This document shows positions 57,385-64,000 of a stretch of DNA of 64,000 nt, piece after piece. The notes under the pieces are model-generated. The model had not been told where the DNA came from and made no database searches. It saw nothing but the letters and a program-made list of their open reading frames with translations. Every line of letters starts with the position of its first letter. Positions within the stretch are counted from its first letter, which is position 1. This stretch comes from Tepidisphaera sp. GTDB lineage: Bacteria > Planctomycetota > Phycisphaerae > Phycisphaerales > UBA1924. The translations under genes and the position numbers were made by a program. The stretch covers positions 608,001-672,000 of the forward strand of contig CP051526.1 in NCBI GenBank assembly GCA_050916045.1. The letters run 5' to 3'.

Positions 57385-59124
57385 ATGGCGGAAGACGCGC
57401 TGGACCTTTCGAAGACCAAAGGGCAAAAGCTCGGCCGCATCCTCACGAAGATGGGCAGGACCACTCGTGAGCAGGTGCACGAGGCTTTGGCCATCCAGAA
57501 GACCCGCAAAGCCAAGCTCGGGCAGATCCTGTCCGAACTCGGGTACTGCAACGAGCGTGATGTGCACGCCGGGCTGGCCGCGCAGGCCGGCTTGGAGTAC
57601 GTGGACCTCAAGGGTCTTGAGATGACCGACGCCCTCAAGGGGGCCGTGCCCTCCGAGAACATCCGCAGCTACGAGGTCATCCCGATCGAGTACAACCCCA
57701 ACGCCAAGCGGGTGAAGATCGCGATGAAGAGCCCGGACAATTTCCGGGCCGTCGACGACCTTCGCTTGCTGATGGGCTTCAACGTGGAAGCCGTGGTCGC
57801 CGATCCGGCGCAGGTCGACTCGATCATCGCCAAGCATTTCTCGAAGAAGGAGTCGGTGGCCGAGGTCGTGCAGGGTCTGGACACCAAGAAGTTCGAGGGG
57901 ATCGCTCGCGGGGACCAGTCGATCGACCTTGACGCGCTGAGCAAAGCCGCGGGGGACAACGAGATCGTCAAGCTCGTGAACCTCGTGCTTCTGCAGGCGA
58001 TCAGGGACAAGGCTTCGGACATCCACTTCGAGCCTTTCGAGAACGAATTCAAGATGCGGTACCGCATCGACGGCGTGCTTTACGAGATGGTGCCGCCGCC
58101 CAAGCAGCTAGGCCCGGCGATCACGAGCCGCGTGAAGGTCATGGCGAATCTGGACATCGCCGAGCGTCGTCTGCCGCAGGACGGTCGTATCGAGCTGACG
58201 CTCGCCGGCCGCCCGGTGGATCTGCGCATCGCGGTGCTTCCGACCATGCACGGCGAGAGCGTGGTGATGCGAATCCTGGACCGGAGCAACGTCGAGCTTT
58301 CGCTCGAGCGTCTGGGCCTGCGGCCGGACGATCTGACGGTGATCCGCCACCAGATCAACAAGCCCAACGGGATCGTGATCGTGACGGGGCCGACGGGCTC
58401 GGGCAAGACGACGACGCTTTACGCGGCGCTGGCCGAGCTCAACGCGATTGACACGAAGATCCTGACGGCGGAGGACCCGGTCGAGTACGACATCGACGGC
58501 CTTTGTCAGTGCCAGGTGAACGTTGAGACGGAGACGACGTTCGCGAAGCTGCTTCGCAGCTTCCTGCGTCAGGACCCGGACATCATCCTGGTGGGCGAGA
58601 TCCGCGACCTTGAGACCGCGCAGATCGCGGTGCAGGCATCGCTGACGGGCCACCTTGTGCTGAGCACGCTCCACACCAACGACGCGCCGAGCAGCGTGGT
58701 GCGACTGATGGACCTTGGACTCGAGGCGTTCTTGCTGACGGCGACGCTGGAAGGCGTGATCGCGCAGCGGCTTGCCAGGACGATCTGCTCCAAGTGCAAG
58801 GAGGCGTACGAGCCCAAGCTTGAGGAGCTGATGGAACTGGCGTTGACGCCCGAGAAGGTGCGCGGGCGGAAGTTCTTCCGCGGCAAGGGCTGCGAGAACT
58901 GCCACAACTCCGGGTACAAGGGCCGCATGGCGCTCTTTGAACTGATGTCGGTGGACGACGAGATGCGCGACCTCATCATGAAAGCGGCCAGCACGACGGT
59001 TCTCCGCGACCACGCGAGGAAGCGCGGCATGCGGTCGCTCCGCGAGAGCGGCCTGATGGCGATCTACGAGGGTCAGACGACGATCGACGAGGTCGTCCGC
59101 GAGACGCTCTCGGAAGAGGACTGA
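57385..59124 (+). CDS. pilB: PilB/GspE-type assembly ATPase 2 with MshEN-like N-terminus
   Basis: ASDIHFEP, DIAERRLPQDGR, GPTGSGKTT, RQDPD, CSKC/CENC. Confidence 0.92.
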   Translation: MAEDALDLSKTKGQKLGRILTKMGRTTREQVHEALAIQKTRKAKLGQILSELGYCNERDVHAGLAAQAGLEYVDLKGLEMTDALKGAVPSENIRSYEVIPIEYNPNAKRVKIAMKSPDNFRAVDDLRLLMGFNVEAVVADPAQVDSIIAKHFSKKESVAEVVQGLDTKKFEGIARGDQSIDLDALSKAAGDNEIVKLVNLVLLQAIRDKASDIHFEPFENEFKMRYRIDGVLYEMVPPPKQLGPAITSRVKVMANLDIAERRLPQDGRIELTLAGRPVDLRIAVLPTMHGESVVMRILDRSNVELSLERLGLRPDDLTVIRHQINKPNGIVIVTGPTGSGKTTTLYAALAELNAIDTKILTAEDPVEYDIDGLCQCQVNVETETTFAKLLRSFLRQDPDIILVGEIRDLETAQIAVQASLTGHLVLSTLHTNDAPSSVVRLMDLGLEAFLLTATLEGVIAQRLARTICSKCKEAYEPKLEELMELALTPEKVRGRKFFRGKGCENCHNSGYKGRMALFELMSVDDEMRDLIMKAASTTVLRDHARKRGMRSLRESGLMAIYEGQTTIDEVVRETLSEED

Positions 59125-59227
59125 TCCCGTGCCAGCGGGATCGGAAGAGCGGGCTGGGGCGTGTGGGGCTGAGGCGGGTGCGTAGGGCGGGAACGGCGTT
59201 GGTTTCGGACAGACATTGGAGCAGATC

Positions 59228-60523
59228 ATGGCGACCTTTGGATATGAAGCACTGAACGAGGCCGGCAAGCCCCAGAAGGGGACCATCGAGGCTTCGACGA
59301 AGGAAGAAGCGGTTCAGAAGATCAAGTCGCAGCGTCTGTTCCCGACGCAGGTCAAGGAAGAGAAGTCCGCGAAGAAGGAAGGCGCGGTCGACGCGGCGGC
59401 GCAGGCGAAAGCCAAGGGCCGCAAGAGCGGCAAGAGCGTGGGCATCGGTCGCGTCTCCCAGAAGACGATGACCACCTTCACCCGCCAGCTCTCGACGCTT
59501 CAGGACGCCGGCCTGCCCCTGCTCCGGTCGCTTCAGATTCTGGAAAGCCAGCAGAAGCCGGGCAAGCTGAAGAACGTGCTCATCGGCGTCTGCGAGGACG
59601 TCGAGGGCGGCAACTCGCTGAGCGAAGCGATGGGCAAGTACCCCGCCGCGTTCAACCGCCTGTACGTGAAGATGGTGAACGCCGGCGAGATCGGCGGCGT
59701 GCTGGACGTGATCTTGAAGCGTCTGGCGGAGTTCATGGAGAAGAGCGAGCGTCTGAAGCGGAAGATCAAGGGTGCGATGGTGTACCCCATCGTCGTCATT
59801 CTGATCGCCGCCCTGATTCTGACGGGCATCATGTGGTTCATCATTCCGAAGTTCGAGGAAATCTTCCGCGACTTCGGCGTGGCTCTGCCGGGCCTGACAC
59901 GCGGCCTTATCTTCTCTTCGCGCTGGGTCGCGGGCAAGAACGCGGGCCAGTCCATCCCGGGCGCCCTGGTCATCCTGCCTTCGCCGATCATCATCTGGAT
60001 TCTCTTCAAGCTGATCCGATCGGCGGGCCCGGGCCGGGCGATCACGGACACGATCCTGCTCTGGACGCCCGTGTTCGGCAAGCTTGTGAAGAAGACGATC
60101 ATCGCCCGCTTCACCCGGACGCTCGGCACGCTGATCGCGGCCGGCGTGCCGATCCTCGAGGGCATCAAGATCACGGCCGAGACGAGCGGCAACTACGTGT
60201 ACGAGAAGGCGCTGATGAAGGTGCACGACTCGATCCGCGAGGGCGAGAGCTTTGCCGAGCCGCTGCGTTTGTCGAAGACTTGCGATGCGATCGTCGTCAA
60301 CATGATCGACGTCGGCGAAGAAACGGGCGAAATGGACCAGATGCTGCTGAAGATCGCGGACAACTACGACGAAGAGGTGGACGTGGCGGTGGCCTCGCTG
60401 GTCTCGCTGCTCGAGCCTCTGATGGTGGTGGTGCTTGGCGTGATCGTCGGCACGGTCGTCGTGGCGATGTTCCTCCCGCTGGTCGCGATGATCACGAGCC
60501 TCCAGGGCAGCAACAACGGTTGA
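59228..60523 (+). CDS. pilC: PilC/GspF platform protein
   Basis: FTRQLSTLQDAGLP, AGEIGG, AMVYP, VGEETG, LLEP. Confidence 0.93.
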   Translation: MATFGYEALNEAGKPQKGTIEASTKEEAVQKIKSQRLFPTQVKEEKSAKKEGAVDAAAQAKAKGRKSGKSVGIGRVSQKTMTTFTRQLSTLQDAGLPLLRSLQILESQQKPGKLKNVLIGVCEDVEGGNSLSEAMGKYPAAFNRLYVKMVNAGEIGGVLDVILKRLAEFMEKSERLKRKIKGAMVYPIVVILIAALILTGIMWFIIPKFEEIFRDFGVALPGLTRGLIFSSRWVAGKNAGQSIPGALVILPSPIIIWILFKLIRSAGPGRAITDTILLWTPVFGKLVKKTIIARFTRTLGTLIAAGVPILEGIKITAETSGNYVYEKALMKVHDSIREGESFAEPLRLSKTCDAIVVNMIDVGEETGEMDQMLLKIADNYDEEVDVAVASLVSLLEPLMVVVLGVIVGTVVVAMFLPLVAMITSLQGSNNG

Positions 60524-60582
60524 TCGCGGTGGGGGTGGCGGGACGGTGGGCGGGGATGGTCGGTAGCTTGAAGGAGGCCGCG

Positions 60583-61665
60583 ATGCGGATGGTTTCGAAC
60601 GGACGAAGCACGAGGCGGGGAGAAGCGGGTCGTGGAGCCGCGGGCTTTACGATCATCGAGCTTCTCGTCTCGATCGCGGTGATCGCGATCCTCATCGGTC
60701 TCCTGATCGTGGTCGGTCGGATCGCGATCCAGCAGGCCCGCAAAGCTTCGGCCCAGCGGACCGTGCAGGCGATGAGGCAGGGCGTCGAGCAGTTCCGGCA
60801 GGACCACGGGTTCCTTCCTCCGCTGATCGCGGATGAAGCCACCGCGGGCATGCCGAACTTCCGCGGCACCCCGATCTACAACCCCAACGCCGGCCAGGTG
60901 AACCCGATCCGCCCGGTCTTCGCGACGTACCGCGCGAGCCTGGCGAACGACCCGCAGGATCCCAACAAAGCCCGCGAGCGTGACTATCTCCGCGGCTGGA
61001 CCACCGGCAACCAGCGTGTGAACGCGGATGACTACAACGACCCGGCGGACCGTCGGTTCAGCAACTACTCGCTGGGTGTCTACCTCGCGGGGCTGGGCGA
61101 GGTGACGTACGGCAACGCGAACCCGCGCGAGGTGGTGGATGGTGTCGTCGGGCCCGGCTCGGTCGAGCCTCTCGATGACGGGACGTGGGCGATTCCGGCG
61201 GGCACGACGCGGGCTCGCTCGGGCAAGAAGTACGGCTCGCGGTTCCAGGACGGATCCGGCGGGTTCAAGGTCGTCGACGCGGATATCGCCCGTGGCCAGA
61301 ACACCGAGGGCCGGGTCGAGATCCGTGACCGCAACGGCGTGGCGATTCGGTACTACCGCTGGCTTCGCGGCGAGCGCGGCTTGGTGACCGAGAATCTGAA
61401 GCTTCCCAACGGTTCGTACGACGCGAACCTTCTGAACATTCCGCGGATCGTCGGGGACCCGGGCACCAACCCCGAACTTGCGAGCGCGGACTTCGCGATC
61501 GTGGCGGCGGGCGCGGACGGGTTCTTCGGGGACATGCCCGTCGAGGCCGCGACGGCGCAGGCCCGCGAAGCGATGGCCGCAGCGCTCGGCATCGCGTACG
61601 GCGGCTCGCAGGAGCAGCTCGTCCGCAAAGCCCGCGAAGACAACGTCGTGGAGGTGGGACGATGA
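60583..61665 (+). CDS. Large prepilin-type protein
   Basis: G|FTIIELLVSIAVIAILIGLL class III signal with E5. Confidence 0.85.
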   Translation: MRMVSNGRSTRRGEAGRGAAGFTIIELLVSIAVIAILIGLLIVVGRIAIQQARKASAQRTVQAMRQGVEQFRQDHGFLPPLIADEATAGMPNFRGTPIYNPNAGQVNPIRPVFATYRASLANDPQDPNKARERDYLRGWTTGNQRVNADDYNDPADRRFSNYSLGVYLAGLGEVTYGNANPREVVDGVVGPGSVEPLDDGTWAIPAGTTRARSGKKYGSRFQDGSGGFKVVDADIARGQNTEGRVEIRDRNGVAIRYYRWLRGERGLVTENLKLPNGSYDANLLNIPRIVGDPGTNPELASADFAIVAAGADGFFGDMPVEAATAQAREAMAAALGIAYGGSQEQLVRKAREDNVVEVGR

Positions 61666-62861
61666 ACAGCGCGAAAGCCGACAGATCGATGCAGCGTCCG
61701 GGCGCGGCCAGGGCGTTCACGCTTACCGAGCTTCTGGTGGTGATCACCCTGCTCGTGATCGTGATCGCGGTGGGGCTCCCGGCGTTTGGCGCGATGCTCG
61801 CGAGCTCGAACCGCACGCTCGCGATCGGGCAGTTCAAAGCCGCGATGTCGGCGGCTCGCGATGCCGCGATCCGCAGCACGGATTCGGACTCCGCCGCGGT
61901 CTTCTTCTTCGAGCCCGGCGGCCGGATGACGATCGTGCCGTGCGTGCAGGTCGGCACGGTGCAGGACCGCGACCATCTGAATTGGAACCAGTATCCGAAC
62001 TTCACCGTCAAGCGCGACGTGTTCGCGCCGGCGGGTTCGAGCGAGCCGATCCAGCTCCCGCCGGGCTGGATGGTCCGGGCGTTCGCGGGTTCCGCGATGC
62101 TCGACGACGGGAACGCCAACGCGACCGGCTGGTACGGCGAAGTGCCGGGAAGCCGCGAGTACAACGCGGACAACGGGTCGTGGGTGTTCCCGGAGACGGG
62201 ATTCTTCAACCAGGACGCGGACCGGGACACGGGCGCGAACAACCGCACGCTCAGGCAGACGTTCATGGTGCGATTCGAGAAGGGAACGGGGAACCTGGTG
62301 GTGAATCAGGCGTTCCCGTCGGTGGTGTTGGCGCCGCGGAGCTCGGAGCAGGGCGCGGTGACCCGCGTGGTGGGCACTCCGCTCGAGACGGATTGGCGCC
62401 GCGTGGACCGGACGGACAACGTGGCGCAGTGGGCCCGGCGTCTGCTCGCAAGAAGGGTGAATCCGGTAGCTCCACCAGCACCACCTGGTCAAGTCTCTTC
62501 GACAGATCTGGCGGCGCTCATCGGTGATGAATCCGGCGACACGGTGCTCGCGTCGAGCGTGGATCTGGTGTCGCTGTACGAAGAGAAGACGCTCGCGGCT
62601 TCGATCGGGGCCCGCGGCCTGAACCGGTACAGCGCGTCGATCTACGCGTGGGGCGAGCCGGGGAACGCGAACGCTCCGGTGCCGAACGAACCTCGGATCG
62701 ACACGGCGCTCTTCACGGGCCAGTCGCCGCAGGTTGTGCAGCAGCGCGTGGATGACTGGATTGTGGGCACGCTCCGCCTTGACGGCCGCCAGGTGGAAAG
62801 CGATGCGTTGATCTACGGGTTTGATCGGTACACGGGTCAGCCCCGGGAGGTAAAGCCGTGA
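61662..62861 (+). CDS. Large prepilin-type protein (FimT/GspH-like)
   Basis: A|FTLTELLVVITLLVIVIAVGLPAF; AAMSAARDAAI. Confidence 0.85.
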   Translation: MNSAKADRSMQRPGAARAFTLTELLVVITLLVIVIAVGLPAFGAMLASSNRTLAIGQFKAAMSAARDAAIRSTDSDSAAVFFFEPGGRMTIVPCVQVGTVQDRDHLNWNQYPNFTVKRDVFAPAGSSEPIQLPPGWMVRAFAGSAMLDDGNANATGWYGEVPGSREYNADNGSWVFPETGFFNQDADRDTGANNRTLRQTFMVRFEKGTGNLVVNQAFPSVVLAPRSSEQGAVTRVVGTPLETDWRRVDRTDNVAQWARRLLARRVNPVAPPAPPGQVSSTDLAALIGDESGDTVLASSVDLVSLYEEKTLAASIGARGLNRYSASIYAWGEPGNANAPVPNEPRIDTALFTGQSPQVVQQRVDDWIVGTLRLDGRQVESDALIYGFDRYTGQPREVKP

Positions 62862-63907
62862 ACATGGCGAAGATCAACGTGAGGGGACTGGGCAAAGCCC
62901 GCGGCTTTACGCTGCTTGAGGTCTTGATCGGCGTGCTGGTGCTTTCGCTGGCGCTGCTGGGTCTTGCGGCGATGTTCCCGGTGGTGGTGCGGACGCAGCG
63001 GATCGCCCGCGACACGGTGGTGGGCACGGGCGTTCTGGAAGCGGCGGAAGCGACGATCCGCGGGAACGAGAATTTCTCAAGCCCGCTGAACAACCGTGGG
63101 CTGCGGTACTACGCGGACCAGCTTGTGCAGGAGCAGGACGCGATCGAGACCAAGTGGCAGGTTTCGCTCTCGCCGAGCGTGGCGACGCGCAGGCTTTATG
63201 AGGACGACGGGCGGATCCGTCTTGAGCCCTCCGCGCGGAATCGGTATTTGCGTCCGGCGGACCGGCTGAATCTGATGCCGGGCGTGGGCGCGGGGACGGA
63301 TCCGACGCTGGTGTGGGACATGGTGGTGTGCTTGGCTTCGGAGACGGACGTGGCGCGTCAGCCGATGGGGCAGTTCATGGCTCCGGACGCGAACGTGACT
63401 TCGATGCCGCGGCCGCTTCGTGTCGCGCTGTTCGTTCGCCGTCTTGATCCGCAGATCCGTGTGCGCACGGGTCAGACGATGCTGGACGGGATCGTTGCGG
63501 GGAACATCGTTCCCATCGGCGCGTCCCAGGCGTCCTTCGGCGATCCGACGCTTGACGGCACGGGGTTCTACTCGCAGCCGATGTACACGAACGTCACGGC
63601 GGCGCGCAAGAGCAAGACCAACGGGCCCTTCGACATTCTCGAGTTCGCCTTCGCGGACAACGGGCGTCTTCCCGAAGCCCGAGCGATGGCCAAGCCCGGG
63701 CAGATCCTGATCGACAACCAGGGCGGGATTCACACGGTGGCGAGAAACGTGCGCGACAACGCGGGCAACCCGGTTTACAACCAGGTGCTGCTCGAGAAGC
63801 CGATGCTCGAGTCCTTCGCCGCCCGGTGCAACTCCGGCAGCGAGATTCAGGTGACCTTCACCGAGCAGGTGCCGGTGGCGGCGCGGGTGATCACGATCAA
63901 GCCTTGA
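62858..63907 (+). CDS. Large prepilin-type protein (PilV/GspI-like)
   Basis: G|FTLLEVLIGVLVLSLALLGLAAM. Confidence 0.85.
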   Translation: MNMAKINVRGLGKARGFTLLEVLIGVLVLSLALLGLAAMFPVVVRTQRIARDTVVGTGVLEAAEATIRGNENFSSPLNNRGLRYYADQLVQEQDAIETKWQVSLSPSVATRRLYEDDGRIRLEPSARNRYLRPADRLNLMPGVGAGTDPTLVWDMVVCLASETDVARQPMGQFMAPDANVTSMPRPLRVALFVRRLDPQIRVRTGQTMLDGIVAGNIVPIGASQASFGDPTLDGTGFYSQPMYTNVTAARKSKTNGPFDILEFAFADNGRLPEARAMAKPGQILIDNQGGIHTVARNVRDNAGNPVYNQVLLEKPMLESFAARCNSGSEIQVTFTEQVPVAARVITIKP

Positions 63908-64000
63908 TCGCGGGCGGGACGGGACCGGATGGAACGGGCCGGGTGGAACGGGGCGGGTTGGGTGTGGGGACGGACATGAAGAGGTGCTCGATGAACGGAT

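Noticed and set aside
56838..57662. Pro-rich minus-strand ORF and Gly/Trp-rich plus-strand ORFs over the G tract
   Set aside because: Composition follows from the low-complexity G runs in every frame; the minus ORF overlaps pilB2 and codon usage is unlike real genes.
63977..64000. Start of a further ORF (probably another prepilin)
   Set aside because: Only 8 codons are visible, so it cannot be called.

Overview
High-GC bacterial window. Gene content (VPxP-type PEP-CTERM-like proteins, CxxCGY...CPECG zinc-ribbon membrane proteins, ECF/Ser-Thr kinase pair, large prepilin-like proteins) suggests Planctomycetota, probably Phycisphaerae; this is an inference. Housekeeping genes include yebC, gap, nadB, lipA, a TrmH-family methyltransferase, plant-type FNR, an S9 peptidase, oppA/oppB and tRNA-Ile2(CAT). 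Two envelope loci stand out. (i) An exosortase/exopolysaccharide locus (Wza-like export lipoprotein, exosortase with an EpsI-like tail, 1526-aa TPR protein, Wzc-like protein lacking the Walker A lysine, epimerase, WecA/MraY), with two tandem PEP-CTERM-like substrates about 2-4 kb upstream. (ii) A type IV pilus/T2SS-like locus (pilB1-pilT-pilB2-pilC-three prepilins) whose spacers mostly carry G-quadruplex-type G-run tracts, one about 330 bp long. Other items worth checking: a GT2 + BshC-like + metal-binding lipoprotein operon, an RluA-SAM methyltransferase fusion, a cysteine dioxygenase retaining the mammalian Cys-Tyr crosslink cysteine, a small A/T-richer cassette-like islet with a repeated hairpin after the tRNA, and a leaderless-gene signature on at least 8 genes. 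All functional calls come from reading motifs by eye; no database searches were run. No CRISPR array, rRNA, integrase or transposase was seen.
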